The notes: generated by a model from the letters alone, not told the origin. DNA of 60,294 nt from an uncultured Gammaproteobacteria bacterium (GCA_965652415.1 CBFGVH010000005.1:1-60294), one strand, 5' to 3'. Counted from the first letter of the stretch, positions 22,935-33,295 are shown. Numbers and translations are program-made.

Positions 22935-23609
22935 TCAGGAACCGGTCGCGAGCCCCAGCCGGACCAGGGCCTCGCGGCCCGCGGCGACCACGTCCTGCGG
23001 CGCCCGGTAGCCGAGCGTCACCGCAACGAGCGCGCCGCCGTCGTCGCCGCCTTCTCGAAGCGCGAACACCGCGGGGAACCCGGCGACGCCGAGGTCGCGG
23101 GTCAGCGCGAGGTCCGCGGCGAAGTCCCGCCGTACCGCCTCGCCGTGGAACTCGTCGGAGAACCGGCGGCGATCGAGTCCGATCGAGCCGGCGATGTCGA
23201 TCAGCACCTCGTCGAGGGAGGGGTTGCGCGCCTCGCGGTAGTAGGCCCGCTGGATCGCCTCGATCATCTCCGGGCCGGCACTCTCGCGTACGCGCGCCGC
23301 TGCTATCACGGCGCGGCAGGCGGGCCAGGTGGACCGGCGCGGCTCGTTCAGCCGCCAGAAATCGTGGTTGAAGGACGCCCCGGTGTGCCGCTCGATTGCA
23401 CGCCAGGTATCGGCGATGGCGGCGCGCATGGGTTCGGGCATGGGCGCATCGCTGTCGGGCGCCAGCCCCCCCATGACGTGGCGCAGCGCCACCGATCGAC
23501 CGCAGTCGTCGACGAGCGCGCGCCAGCTCGGGGCGAAGGCATAGCACCACGAGCACATCGGATCGACGATGTATACGAGGACGAAGCGAGGCTCGGCGGG
23601 AGAATGCAC
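22935..23609 (-). CDS. DsbA-family thioredoxin-fold protein
   Basis: CSWCY active-site motif near the N-terminus. GTG start at 23609 chosen because pgm ends at 23614. Confidence 0.7.
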   Translation of the reverse strand: MHSPAEPRFVLVYIVDPMCSWCYAFAPSWRALVDDCGRSVALRHVMGGLAPDSDAPMPEPMRAAIADTWRAIERHTGASFNHDFWRLNEPRRSTWPACRAVIAAARVRESAGPEMIEAIQRAYYREARNPSLDEVLIDIAGSIGLDRRRFSDEFHGEAVRRDFAADLALTRDLGVAGFPAVFALREGGDDGGALVAVTLGYRAPQDVVAAGREALVRLGLATGS

Positions 23610-23613
23610 CGGC

Positions 23614-25248
23614 TCAGGTCCGCGCGGACGGCTGCTCGCGACCGGTGAAGCGGGCGATGCCGGCGATGTCGGCGGCGGCCTCGCCGAGACCGCGGTTGGC
23701 ATCGATGGCATCGCCGGTGAAGCCGTCGTCGCGATACTGCTCGAGGTAGACACGCAGCGTGGCGCCGCTCGTGCCGGTGCCGGACAGCCGGTAGACGATT
23801 CGCGCACCGCCGGCCAACTCCACCTGGATGCCCTGGGGACCGCTGGCGACCTGCTCAACCGGATCCGTGTAACGGAACTCGCCGGCCGCGTCGATGATCC
23901 GCCCCGCCGCCTGCCTCCCGGCGAGGCGGGGCAGCGACTCGGCGAGCGAGCGCATCATCGCCGCGGCGGCATCGCCGTCGAGGTCCTCGTAGTCGTGCCG
24001 GCAGTACACGTTGCGCCCGAAGGCGCGCCAGTGGTCCTCGACGATCGCGCGCACCGGCCGCGCCGCCGATTCGACCAGGGTCAGCCACGCCAGCACGGTC
24101 CATAGGCCGTCCTTCTCGCGCACGTGGTCGGCCCCGGTGCCGAAGCTCTCCTCGCCGCACAGGGCGATGCGGCCGGCGTCGAGCAGGCTGCCGAAGTACT
24201 TCCAGCCGGTGGGCGTCTCGTAGCAGTCGATGCGGAGCGCGGCCGCCACCCGGTCGACGGCGCGCGAGGTGGGCATGGAGCGCGCCACGCCGGGCAGCCC
24301 GCGCGCGAACTGGGGGATGACGGCGGCATGGGCGGCGAGCAGCGCCAGCGAGTCGCTTGGCGAGACGAAGAAGCCGCGGCCAAGGATGAGGTTGCGATCG
24401 CCGTCGCCGTCGGACGCCGCGCCCAGCACCGGGGCGTCGGCGCGTGCCATGCGCTCGACGAGGACGCGCGCGTGGACGAGGTTGGGGTCGGGATGCTCGC
24501 CGCCGAAGTCGGCCAAAGGCTCGCCGTTGACGACGCTGCCCGCCGGTGCGCCGAGGGCGTCCTCGAGGATGCGCCGGGCATAGGGCCCGGTGACGGCGTG
24601 CATGGCGTCGTAGCAGATCGACAGGTGGCCCGCGGCGAACGCATCGCGCAGGCGATCGAAGTCGAACAGCGACTCCATGGCGTGCTGGTAGTCGTCGACC
24701 GGGTCGACCACCTCGACGACGGTGTCGCCGACGCCGAACTCGCCCGGGCGCGAGAGGTCGATGCCGCTATCGGGAGCGATGCGGTAGCGGTGCAGCTCGC
24801 GCGAGCAGGCGTGGATGCGCTCGGTAACCGCTTCGGGCGCGGGCGCCCCGGAGGCGTTGTTGAACTTGATGCCGAAGTCGCCACCGGGGCCGCCTGGATT
24901 GTGGCTGGCCGACAGGACGATGCCGCCGTCGGCGCCGCGCCGACGGACAAGGTTGGACACGGCCGGCGTGGACAGCAGTGCATCACGACCGACGACGACC
25001 CGGGCGAAGCCGTTTGCGGCGGCCATGCGCACGATGGTGCGCGCGGCGGCATCGTTGAAGAAGCGGCCGTCGCCGCCGAGCACCAGCGTGCCGCGCGCGC
25101 CGGGACCCATGGCGTCGAAGATCGACTGCACGAAATTCTCGAGGTAGTTCGGCCGCCGGAACTCGGCCACCTTCTTCCGCAGCCCCGAGGTACCGGGCCG
25201 CTGGTCGTCGAAGGGCCGGGTGGGAACGATGTCGATGCCGCCTGTCAC
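23614..25248 (-). CDS. pgm: alpha-D-glucose-phosphate-specific phosphoglucomutase
   Basis: 544 aa. Phosphoserine loop LSASHNPGGP and GTSGLRKK N-terminus. Confidence 0.93.
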   Translation of the reverse strand: MTGGIDIVPTRPFDDQRPGTSGLRKKVAEFRRPNYLENFVQSIFDAMGPGARGTLVLGGDGRFFNDAAARTIVRMAAANGFARVVVGRDALLSTPAVSNLVRRRGADGGIVLSASHNPGGPGGDFGIKFNNASGAPAPEAVTERIHACSRELHRYRIAPDSGIDLSRPGEFGVGDTVVEVVDPVDDYQHAMESLFDFDRLRDAFAAGHLSICYDAMHAVTGPYARRILEDALGAPAGSVVNGEPLADFGGEHPDPNLVHARVLVERMARADAPVLGAASDGDGDRNLILGRGFFVSPSDSLALLAAHAAVIPQFARGLPGVARSMPTSRAVDRVAAALRIDCYETPTGWKYFGSLLDAGRIALCGEESFGTGADHVREKDGLWTVLAWLTLVESAARPVRAIVEDHWRAFGRNVYCRHDYEDLDGDAAAAMMRSLAESLPRLAGRQAAGRIIDAAGEFRYTDPVEQVASGPQGIQVELAGGARIVYRLSGTGTSGATLRVYLEQYRDDGFTGDAIDANRGLGEAAADIAGIARFTGREQPSART

Positions 25249-25275
25249 GCCGCTGTTGCTCCCGTCGCCTTTTGC

Positions 25276-26247
25276 CTACAAGCCGTAGACCCGGCGCATG
25301 GACCCGAAGATGGTGTCGAGATCGGAGTAGCGCGGCTTGAAGCCGAGTTCGCGCGCGGCGCGCTCGCTCGACGCCACCAGCGCCGGCGGGTCGCCAGGCC
25401 GGCGAGCGACGACCTCGTAGGGAATCTCCCGGCCCAGCGCGCGGCCGGCGGCGGCGATCATCTCCAGCACCGTGGCGCCGCGCCCGACGCCGAGGTTGAG
25501 CACCATGCTCGGCCCGCCGTTCAGCAGGCGGTCCATTGCCGCGAGGTGGGCGGCGGCCAGATCGTTGACGTGAATGTAGTCGCGGATGCAGGTGCCGTCG
25601 CGGGTGTCGTAGTCACCGCCGTAGACCTCGAGGCGCCGGCGCAGCCCGGCGGCGACTTCCAACACCACCGGGGTCAGGTTGGCCGGATCGCGCTCGGGCG
25701 TTGTCACGCGACCGGCGACGTCGTAGCCGGTGGCGTTGAAGTAGCGAAGGCTGATGTAGTCGAGCCCGGCCAGGCGCGCGAACCAGGCGAGGTTCTGCTC
25801 GATGGCAAGCTTGGTGTATCCGTAGTAGTTCTCCGGCTCACAGGGATGATCCTCGTCCACCGGCAGGCTGCGCGGCGAGCCGTAGACGGCCGCCGACGAG
25901 GAAAACACGAAGCGGGTGACGCCGGCGTCATGCATGGCGCCGAGCAGGCGCAGAGTTCCGCCGATGTTGTTGTCGGCGTACATGTGCGGGCGCTGCATCG
26001 ACTCGCCGGCGGCCTTGAGCGCGGCGAAGTGAAACACGACGTCGACGCCGCCGGCGAGGGCCTTGGCGAGTGCGTTGCCGTGCCTGAGGTCGCCCTCGAT
26101 GAACGCCGCCGCCTTCGGAATGTTGTCGGTCGAACCGCTGGCGAGGTTGTCCAGCACCACCACGCGGTGGCCCGCCTCGGTGAGGTCGTGAACCACGTGC
26201 GCGCCGATGTAGCCGGCACCACCGACCACGAGCACCCGCGCGCTCAT
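25276..26247 (-). CDS. galE: UDP-glucose 4-epimerase
   Basis: 323 aa from MSARVLVVGGAGYIGAH. Catalytic YGYTK. Confidence 0.92.
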   Translation of the reverse strand: MSARVLVVGGAGYIGAHVVHDLTEAGHRVVVLDNLASGSTDNIPKAAAFIEGDLRHGNALAKALAGGVDVVFHFAALKAAGESMQRPHMYADNNIGGTLRLLGAMHDAGVTRFVFSSSAAVYGSPRSLPVDEDHPCEPENYYGYTKLAIEQNLAWFARLAGLDYISLRYFNATGYDVAGRVTTPERDPANLTPVVLEVAAGLRRRLEVYGGDYDTRDGTCIRDYIHVNDLAAAHLAAMDRLLNGGPSMVLNLGVGRGATVLEMIAAAGRALGREIPYEVVARRPGDPPALVASSERAARELGFKPRYSDLDTIFGSMRRVYGL

Positions 26248-26272
26248 GATGCGTCGTTCGAAAGCGGCACGC

Positions 26273-26821
26273 TCACGGAAACACCTCGGCGCGGGCGAGC
26301 GGCGGGAACCGCATGTCCTTGTCTGACAGAAGGGGCGAGGCGAGCGGCCAGTCGACGGCGATGTCGGGATCGTTCCAGATGATGCCGCGCTCGCTCGCCG
26401 GGTGATACTCGGCGCTGACCATGTAATTGACCTCGGCATCGTCGGTCAGGGTGACGAAGCCGTGGGCGAAGCCGGAGGGAATGTAGTACATGCGGCCGTT
26501 GTCGGCCGACAGCTCCTCGCCGACCCACTGCCCGAAGGTGGGCGAGGCGCGGCGAATGTCGACGGCGACGTCGAAGACGGCGCCCACGGCGCAGCGCACC
26601 AGCTTGGCCTGGCCGTGCGGCGGCAGCTGGTAGTGCAGCCCGCGCAGCACGCCGACCCTCGAACGCGAGGCGTTGGCCTGGACGAAAGTCTCGACGATCC
26701 CGCCGGCGGCGAACTCGGAACGCTTCCAGGTCTCGCAGAACTGGCCGCGCGCGTCGCTGAACACGCGCGGCGTCACCAGGATCGGGCCGTCGATGCGGGC
26801 GGCCTCGAACGTGAACGGCAT
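26273..26821 (-). CDS. rfbC: dTDP-4-dehydrorhamnose 3,5-epimerase
   Basis: 182 aa from MPFTFEAARIDG. RGLHYQ motif. Confidence 0.9.
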   Translation of the reverse strand: MPFTFEAARIDGPILVTPRVFSDARGQFCETWKRSEFAAGGIVETFVQANASRSRVGVLRGLHYQLPPHGQAKLVRCAVGAVFDVAVDIRRASPTFGQWVGEELSADNGRMYYIPSGFAHGFVTLTDDAEVNYMVSAEYHPASERGIIWNDPDIAVDWPLASPLLSDKDMRFPPLARAEVFP

Positions 26822-26953
26822 GAATCGGTGGTCCTCGGTTGGTGCTTCGATCGCGGCGGTGCGGCATGACAGGTCCCCGGGCCGCGGGGCGATCGTCGTA
26901 GAGTTTCCGCGTGCAGTCAAGGTCGCCGCGGGGTAGACGCGAGGCAGGCGGAT

Positions 26954-26983
26954 TTGTCACGACGCGCCGCTACCTCCCATAAT
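26954..26983 (+). promoter_or_regulatory. candidate promoter for adk
   Basis: TTGTCA, 18-nt spacer, CATAAT, about 58 nt upstream of the adk ATG. Confidence 0.35.
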
Positions 26984-27040
26984 CGGGCCTTCGAAGCGGC
27001 ACCGAGGCACAACGCCAACAACCCCAGGGACAGACATCAC

Positions 27041-27697
27041 ATGCGAATCATACTGATCGGCGGACCCGGCGCCGGCAAGGGAACGCAGGCCGGTTTCATC
27101 TGTGCCCGATTCGGCATACCCCAGATTTCCACGGGCGACATGCTGCGCTGTCACATTCGCGACGGCACCGACCTCGGTCGCGCAGCGCGCGCGATGATGG
27201 ATGCGGGCAGGCTGGTGCCGGACGACATCATTCTCGAGCTCGTGCGCGAGCGCATCGGCCGCGACGACTGCGCCAACGGCTACCTGTTCGACGGTTTTCC
27301 CCGCACCCTCGTGCAGGCCGAGGCGATGCGCGAAGCGGGCATCGACGCCGACGCGGTGGTGGAGATCGCGGTCGACGACGAGGAGATCATCCGCCGCATG
27401 AGCGGGCGGCGCGTGCACCTGCCGTCGGGGCGCACCTATCACGTCGAGTTCAATCCCCCGCGCGAGGCGGGCCGCGACGACGTCACCGGCGAACCGCTGG
27501 TGCAGCGCGACGACGACCGCGAGGACACCGTGCGCGCCCGCCTCGCCGTCTACCACGCCCAGACCGAACCCCTGATCGAGCACTACCGGCGACGCGCCGC
27601 CGCCGGCGAGCCGGGCGCGCCTCGCTACGTGCGGGTCGACGGCGTCGGCTCGGTGGAGTCGATACGCGATCGCATCTTCGAGCAACTGTCCGGTTGA
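27041..27697 (+). CDS. adk: adenylate kinase
   Basis: 218 aa from [16 protein letters not shown]. The track ORF's upstream extension is rejected. Confidence 0.96.
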   Translation: MRIILIGGPGAGKGTQAGFICARFGIPQISTGDMLRCHIRDGTDLGRAARAMMDAGRLVPDDIILELVRERIGRDDCANGYLFDGFPRTLVQAEAMREAGIDADAVVEIAVDDEEIIRRMSGRRVHLPSGRTYHVEFNPPREAGRDDVTGEPLVQRDDDREDTVRARLAVYHAQTEPLIEHYRRRAAAGEPGAPRYVRVDGVGSVESIRDRIFEQLSG

Positions 27698-27770
27698 CCG
27701 GCGCGCAGCGGTCGCGAACGCGCTTTGTGCTAGAATTTCGCGCTTCGATTCAGCGAATCGCCAGCGCCAG

Positions 27771-28427
27771 GTGCGCACCGTGGATATCGAACAAGCCCGC
27801 TTCAACATGATCGAGCAGCAGATCCGGCCGTGGGATGTCCTCGACCCGGTCGTGCTCGACATCCTCAGGCAGACGCCTCGCGAGCGCTTCGTGCCCCAGG
27901 ACCACCGCGACCTGGCGTTCGCGGACATGCAGATCCCCATCGGCCACGGCGAGGTGATGATGGAGCCGAAGGTCGAGGCGCGCCTGTTGCAGGAGCTCGG
28001 CGTTGTCGGCGGCAAGGTGCTCGAGGTAGGCACCGGCAGCGGCTACATGACGGCGCTGCTGTCGAAAGTCGCCGGCAGCGTGGTCAGCGTAGATATATAC
28101 AAGGATTTCACCAACCGCGCCGCCGAGCGCCTGGCGCGGTTCGGCATCGTCAACGTGGTGCTGGAAACCGGCGACGCCTGCCGCGGCTGGCCGTCGTCCG
28201 GGGGCTTCGACGGCATCATGCTCACCGGCTCGGTGCACGAAGTGCCGGCTGCGTTCACCGAGGCGCTCAAGCCCGGCGGCCGCCTGCTGGCCGTCGTCGG
28301 CACGGAGCCGATGATGGAAGCGGTGCGCATCGAGAAGCGCGGCGACGAACTCGTGACCACGTCGCTGTTCGACACCGTGATTCCGGCTCTCATCGGGGCA
28401 TCGCCGCCCCGCCGGTTCGTATTCTGA
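27771..28427 (+). CDS. protein-L-isoaspartate O-methyltransferase family protein
   Basis: 218 aa. SAM motif VLEVGTGSGYMTALL. GTG start. Pairing with tolC is common in gammaproteobacteria. Confidence 0.85.
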   Translation: MRTVDIEQARFNMIEQQIRPWDVLDPVVLDILRQTPRERFVPQDHRDLAFADMQIPIGHGEVMMEPKVEARLLQELGVVGGKVLEVGTGSGYMTALLSKVAGSVVSVDIYKDFTNRAAERLARFGIVNVVLETGDACRGWPSSGGFDGIMLTGSVHEVPAAFTEALKPGGRLLAVVGTEPMMEAVRIEKRGDELVTTSLFDTVIPALIGASPPRRFVF

Positions 28428-28467
28428 CGCGGCCGCCGCGGCCGTGCATTAGACACGTGTACCCGCA

Positions 28468-29784
28468 ATGAACAAACGTCTCCTTTGCCTGCTCGCCGCA
28501 GCCCCGCTGGCCAACGCCGCCCATGCGACCGACCTGCTCGACGCCTATCGCATGGCACTTGCCAACGATCCGGCGTACCAGGCCTCGGTGTACCAGCGCC
28601 GCGCCTTCGGCCAGGATCCCGACATCGCGCGGTCGGCCCTGCGGCCCTCGGTGTCCCTGTCCGCCGACGGCAGCCTGATTCGCGAGGACGCCGACTCCAG
28701 CCGCGCCACCACCAGCGGCAGCGACACCTACAACAGCGCCGGCACCTCGCTCGGGGTGTCGCAGGCGCTCTACGACCGCACCGCCAACATCGCCGTCGAC
28801 CAGGCCGAACTCGGCGACCAGCGCGCGGGCATCGATCTCGAGGCCGCCGAGGACGACGTCATCATCCGCGTCGCCGGGGCCTATTTCAACGTGCTCGGCG
28901 CCATCGACAACCTGGAGCTGGCGACCCGCGAGAAGATCGCCATCGGGCGCCAGCTCGAGCTTGCCCGCGAGCGGCTCAACGTCGGCATCGGCACCCAGAC
29001 CGACCTGTACGACGCCGAGGCGCGCTACCAGCTCGCGGAGGCCAACGAGATCGAGTCCGGCAACCTCATCGAGGATGCCGTTCAGGCTCTGATCGCCATC
29101 GTCGGCGGCGACCCCGGCGAGCTCGAACGGCTACGCGAGAACGCGCCGATGCAGATGCCCGATCCCGCCGCAGAGACCGATTGGGTGGCGATCGCGCTGG
29201 CCAACAACCCGACCCTGCGCTCGGCCGCCCTCGACTACGAGATCGCGCGCCAGGAGATCGATCGCCAGCGCTACGTGCGTCACCCGAACGTGTCGCTGAA
29301 CGCCTCGGGCAGCTACCGCGACTCGAGCGGCGGCATCAACGGCAGTTCGGACCGCACCGACGCCCGGGTCGGATTGGCGGTGGAGTTCCCCCTTTACCTC
29401 GGAGGACTGGTGGCGGCCCAGGTGCAGCGCGCGGCGCTCGGCGCCAACGCCCAGGAGCAGGTGGTGGAGCAGACCCGGCGCGAGGTGTACCGCAACGTGC
29501 GCGACGTCTACAACGACGTCTCCAGCGGCATCAGCCGGGTCGAGGCACTGCGCCTGGCCGTGATCGCCAGCGAGAGCGCCCTGGAGGCTCGCCAGGAGGG
29601 CTTCGCTGCCGGCCTCATCACCAACCTCGACGTCCTCGACGCCCAGCGCGACCTGTTCCAGGCCCGCCGCGACTACCTGCGCGCCCGCTACGACTTCATC
29701 GTTTCGCTGCTGCGCCTCGAACAGGCTGCCGGCCAGCTCGACGAGGAAGACGTGGCCCGCATCAACGCCTGGCTCGGCGAATAG
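28468..29784 (+). CDS. tolC: TolC-family outer membrane efflux/type I secretion channel
   Basis: 438 aa. Signal peptide, then TDLLDAYRMALANDPAYQAS and the duplicated coiled/beta repeat architecture. Confidence 0.9.
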   Translation: MNKRLLCLLAAAPLANAAHATDLLDAYRMALANDPAYQASVYQRRAFGQDPDIARSALRPSVSLSADGSLIREDADSSRATTSGSDTYNSAGTSLGVSQALYDRTANIAVDQAELGDQRAGIDLEAAEDDVIIRVAGAYFNVLGAIDNLELATREKIAIGRQLELARERLNVGIGTQTDLYDAEARYQLAEANEIESGNLIEDAVQALIAIVGGDPGELERLRENAPMQMPDPAAETDWVAIALANNPTLRSAALDYEIARQEIDRQRYVRHPNVSLNASGSYRDSSGGINGSSDRTDARVGLAVEFPLYLGGLVAAQVQRAALGANAQEQVVEQTRREVYRNVRDVYNDVSSGISRVEALRLAVIASESALEARQEGFAAGLITNLDVLDAQRDLFQARRDYLRARYDFIVSLLRLEQAAGQLDEEDVARINAWLGE

Positions 29785-29800
29785 TCACGCCGCACGAAGC

Positions 29801-30679
29801 TCAGCGAAACCCGATGTGGATCTCGACCGGCTCGCGGTCGAGACCTTCGTAGGTGGCGGTGACGCGCTCGAGCCCGGAGAGGGGTACCGGCGCGCCGAGC
29901 GAGCCCAGGGAAAGCAGGTCGCCGGGCTTGAGCCGGTAGCCCTGCCGCAGGACTTCGTTCTTCAGCCACAGGGCGGCGCCCAGGGGATGGCCCATGAGCG
30001 CGGCGCCGTCGCCGCCGGTGATGACCGCGCCTGCCTGGTCGACTACCCCGGCGGTGAACCGGGCAAGGCGATCGCGCGTCTCGCCCGTCGCCGAAAGCGC
30101 GATGTTCGGCCCCGCCACCATCAAACGCGCACCGGCGTTGATGGCGGTGATTGCCGGGCCGTCGATGACGGCGGGATCGGCGTACATCAAGTCGGCGATC
30201 TCGATCGCCGGGATCACTTCGGACAGCGCCGCCAGCACCTCGTCCTCGTTGCGGGCATCGTTGATGGCCGCGTCGCCGACCCGCACCAGCAGGTCGGCCT
30301 CGAGCACCGGGCGCACGAAGGCAGCGCGATCGACGATCGAGCCGGTGCTGGTGAACATGTTTTCCAGCAGCACGCCGGCGAGCGGCCCGTCGACACCGAA
30401 GCGCTGCTGCGCGGCCGGCGAGGTCAATGCCGCCTTGTAGCCGGCGATCTCGCCGAAGCGCGGCCTGAGCGTCAGGATCAGCATGCGCTGCACTTCGGCC
30501 GCCTGGGCCGCATCGAGCACGGTGCCGCCAGGCATCGGCACGAGGGCGGTATAGGCGGACACCGCGTCGGCCAGTACCTGCTGCGGCGAGCCCGGTGCGG
30601 GGGCGGTCGCGGCGCTCGTCATCACCATTGCCGCGGCGACGAGTGCCGCCGGGGCGGCTGTGCGGACGGACAGGGCCAT
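29801..30679 (-). CDS. 2-keto-4-pentenoate hydratase (MhpD/HpcG)-like protein with N-terminal signal-like sequence
   Basis: IAGYKAALTSPAAQQRFGVDGPLAGVL matches the hydratase substrate loop. The N-terminus MALSVRTAAPAALVAAAMVMTSAATA looks exported. Confidence 0.7.
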   Translation of the reverse strand: MALSVRTAAPAALVAAAMVMTSAATAPAPGSPQQVLADAVSAYTALVPMPGGTVLDAAQAAEVQRMLILTLRPRFGEIAGYKAALTSPAAQQRFGVDGPLAGVLLENMFTSTGSIVDRAAFVRPVLEADLLVRVGDAAINDARNEDEVLAALSEVIPAIEIADLMYADPAVIDGPAITAINAGARLMVAGPNIALSATGETRDRLARFTAGVVDQAGAVITGGDGAALMGHPLGAALWLKNEVLRQGYRLKPGDLLSLGSLGAPVPLSGLERVTATYEGLDREPVEIHIGFR

Positions 30680-30683
30680 GGTG

Positions 30684-31262
30684 TCAGGTCTCCGTGTCGG
30701 TTGGCGGGCGCCTGCCGCAGGCCGCGGCCAGCGCCCCCATGTCCGGGGAGCAGCGGCGATTCTCGCTGACCCTGGCGAATGCCGCCTCGAGATCGTAGCC
30801 GTGGCGGGTGACGAGGTAGCAGATCACCGCCGCCGGCGAGCGCTGCTGGCCGGCGGTGCAATGCACGTAGACGCGGTGTCCCACCTCGATCAGCCGGGCA
30901 AGGCGCTCCGCCGCCTGGGTCACCCGGGCCGCGAGGTCTTCGGGGTCGAAGTCGCGGATCGGCACGCGCTCCACGGCGATCTCGTGTGTGCCGTAGGCCG
31001 CGAGCAGGGCCGGCCAGTCGATGCGCCAGCGCTCGAAGTCCTCGTCGGTCTGAAGATTCAGCACCGCGCTCACGCCGAGTGCGCTCTTCAGCCGCCGAAC
31101 GTCGGCGGCGCGAACCGGGCAGGTGCCGATGAACACTTCGTCGAGCACCTGGTCGAACTGCAGGACCCCGTAGTCGCCGGCGGGCCGGGCGGGGGCGACC
31201 GGGGCCCTAAAAAGACGTTTCAGTGCTGCCGTAAACCTTTGTCTCGCCGCCATCGATTCCAT
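30684..31262 (-). CDS. dual-specificity (Cys-based) protein phosphatase
   Basis: P-loop VHCTAGQQRSPAAV (HCxxGxxRS). Start at 31262 or 31253, overlapping the 3' end of the OMP85 gene by about 50 nt. Confidence 0.7.
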   Translation of the reverse strand: MESMAARQRFTAALKRLFRAPVAPARPAGDYGVLQFDQVLDEVFIGTCPVRAADVRRLKSALGVSAVLNLQTDEDFERWRIDWPALLAAYGTHEIAVERVPIRDFDPEDLAARVTQAAERLARLIEVGHRVYVHCTAGQQRSPAAVICYLVTRHGYDLEAAFARVSENRRCSPDMGALAAACGRRPPTDTET

Positions 31263-32475
31263 AGCCGATATCGAGTCTCAAGTCGGTGCGCACGAACGCT
31301 CGCAGCTTGTAGCGAATACCGAGCCCGACGCCCACCTCGAGTTCCGAGGCATCGAACGAGGCGCTGTCCTCGAACGCGCCGCCGATGTCGGCGAACAGGG
31401 CACCGCGAAAGGTGTTGTGCCCGAACAGCGGGGTGATGAACTCGACGTTGGTGATGAAGTAGCTCTCGCCCTCGAGTGCGTCGCGCTCGAATCCGCGCAG
31501 GGTGCTGTTGCCCCCCAAACCGTAGCTCGGGTCGCCGAAGATCGTACCCGAAGACGTGCCGTAACGGACCTGGTAGTTGAAATTGGTGTGCTCGCGGTCG
31601 GTCACGTGATGGTAGCCGCGATACCAGGCGCTGTGCCTGACGTAGCTCGACTCGGAGCCGTAGGCGTCGCTGGCGCTCTCGACCTCGTAGCCGAACTCGC
31701 GCCCGGTGCGGCTGTAGAGCAGGTCGGTGATGTCGCGGTACTCGATGCCGAAGGTGAGCGCGACCACACTGGTGTCGAAGAACAGGCCCGTGTCGCCGGA
31801 CAGGTAGGTGTTGGCGTAGTCCTCGTAGCGCACCTGGCCGTGAACCCGCCAGCCCTGGCTCGGACCGGTTTCGCGCAGCCAGCGCGAGAAATCGATCCTG
31901 AGCGAGTCCAGTTCCTGGTTGTATCGGCCGGCCAGTTCGCCGCGCTCCTCGTCGATCTCGATGTCCTCGCTCCTGACCTCGAAACCGAGGTCCCAGGGGC
32001 TGCCCCACACGCGCGGCAACAGGTACTCGACGCTGAGCTGGTCCTCCTGCTCGACGTCTCCGCCCTTGAGGTCCTTGCGGCGCACACCGATGTCGAGCCG
32101 GCGATTGCGGCCGCCGACGTTGTCCCAGCGCAGGCGCGCGCCCCACGACCAGTCGCCGTCGCCGCTGCGGCTGAGCCGGGGCAGCACCAGCAGGTAGCGC
32201 TTCTCGTACACGGTGTAGATCAGCACGGTGTCGCCGTCGCGCCTCTCCAGGTCCGCGCTTACCCGTCTGAACAGCCCGAGGTTCATGATCGACTGGCGCC
32301 CGCGCTCGATATCGTCGTCGCTGACCGTCTCCCCCGGGCCGAACTCCAGCTCCTGCAGCATGGTCGACGGCTTCGTCTTCTCGTTGTCGCGGAACTCTAT
32401 CTCGGAGATGAAATACGACTCGGCCATGGCCGGTACGGCGCAGGCGGCAAGGACGAGGGCCAGGACGATACGCAT
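31207..32475 (-). CDS. Omp85/BamA-TamA family outer membrane protein (single POTRA + beta-barrel)
   Basis: 422 aa from MRIVLALVLAACAVPAMA|E. POTRA-like ISEIEFRDNEKTKPSTMLQEL. Alternating beta-strand pattern. C-terminal ...TETSF aromatic terminus. Confidence 0.75.
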   Translation of the reverse strand: MRIVLALVLAACAVPAMAESYFISEIEFRDNEKTKPSTMLQELEFGPGETVSDDDIERGRQSIMNLGLFRRVSADLERRDGDTVLIYTVYEKRYLLVLPRLSRSGDGDWSWGARLRWDNVGGRNRRLDIGVRRKDLKGGDVEQEDQLSVEYLLPRVWGSPWDLGFEVRSEDIEIDEERGELAGRYNQELDSLRIDFSRWLRETGPSQGWRVHGQVRYEDYANTYLSGDTGLFFDTSVVALTFGIEYRDITDLLYSRTGREFGYEVESASDAYGSESSYVRHSAWYRGYHHVTDREHTNFNYQVRYGTSSGTIFGDPSYGLGGNSTLRGFERDALEGESYFITNVEFITPLFGHNTFRGALFADIGGAFEDSASFDASELEVGVGLGIRYKLRAFVRTDLRLDIGYGIDGGETKVYGSTETSF

Positions 32476-32657
32476 CGACAACACTTCGGTTCTGGTCAGG
32501 TCACGATGCGCCGGCATACGGGCATCCGCGAAATGGACGGCCTGCCGGAACCCCCGAATCTTCGCGCGGATTCCCCACCCCCGGGTACGACGGGCCGCCT
32601 TGCACCCGCCGCGTACGATACCGCGCACGGCGCGCCCGTGTCACTAGCCGGCCGCCC

Positions 32658-33149
32658 CTACGGTGCACGGTCGATGGAATCGATGGCCGCCGAGAATCCG
32701 TTGAGGCTTGCCTGGAAGCGGTTGGCCCGGCGGCTGCCATCCTGGTAGCTGACGTTGAGCCAACGGCCCTGGCGAAACATCCGATACAGTTCGGGCGTCA
32801 TGCGGTAGTAGGCATGGCAGCCGTCGGCATTGCAGTGGGCGACCGTGGCCCGCCACTGGCCGGTGTCGTCGACCCCGATGACGATTCCCGGCGGCAGGAA
32901 GCTACCGAGCGGTATCGTCATCAGCAGCAGCGGATACTCGCCGCCGAGGGGATAGCCGGCGGCGATCTCGAACAGCATTTCGCCGCTGTTCCTGAGGGTC
33001 AACGTCTGGCGGATGTAGCATCGCCCTGCGAACTCCCCCTGCTCCTCGCAGTGCCGGGTCCAGTCCTGGTAAACCTGTGGCGCCTGGGCGCGGACCGACG
33101 GCGCCGCGGACACTGCGAAAGCCAGCGCACACAGCACGGCCGCGATCAT
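32658..33149 (-). CDS. periplasmic IalB-like (invasion-associated locus B family) protein
   Basis: 163 aa from MIAAVLCALAFAVSAAPSVRA|Q. The family call is from overall resemblance only. Confidence 0.5.
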   Translation of the reverse strand: MIAAVLCALAFAVSAAPSVRAQAPQVYQDWTRHCEEQGEFAGRCYIRQTLTLRNSGEMLFEIAAGYPLGGEYPLLLMTIPLGSFLPPGIVIGVDDTGQWRATVAHCNADGCHAYYRMTPELYRMFRQGRWLNVSYQDGSRRANRFQASLNGFSAAIDSIDRAP

Positions 33150-33295
33150 CCTTCTATGTCGCGCATCGCGTTCACGGACAATGCACTTGAGGCCGGCAGT
33201 TATCATAGTGTCGTAGAATAGCGGCGCCGACGTGGCGGGTAAACGACGCTCGCGGACACCATCACGCGACCACACCAGCGAGGGAGCCGACGAAC

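Noticed and set aside
24124-26382. 752-aa plus-strand ORF over pgm/galE, and comparable giants (33203..35011 -, 42077..43276 -, 46668..48140 -, 49038..50654 -, 53668..55071 +, 56521..57864 -, 58724..60247 -, 28485..29852 +).
   Set aside because: Same reasoning. They are antisense or frame-shifted relative to well-supported genes and show repetitive R/G/A/P composition.
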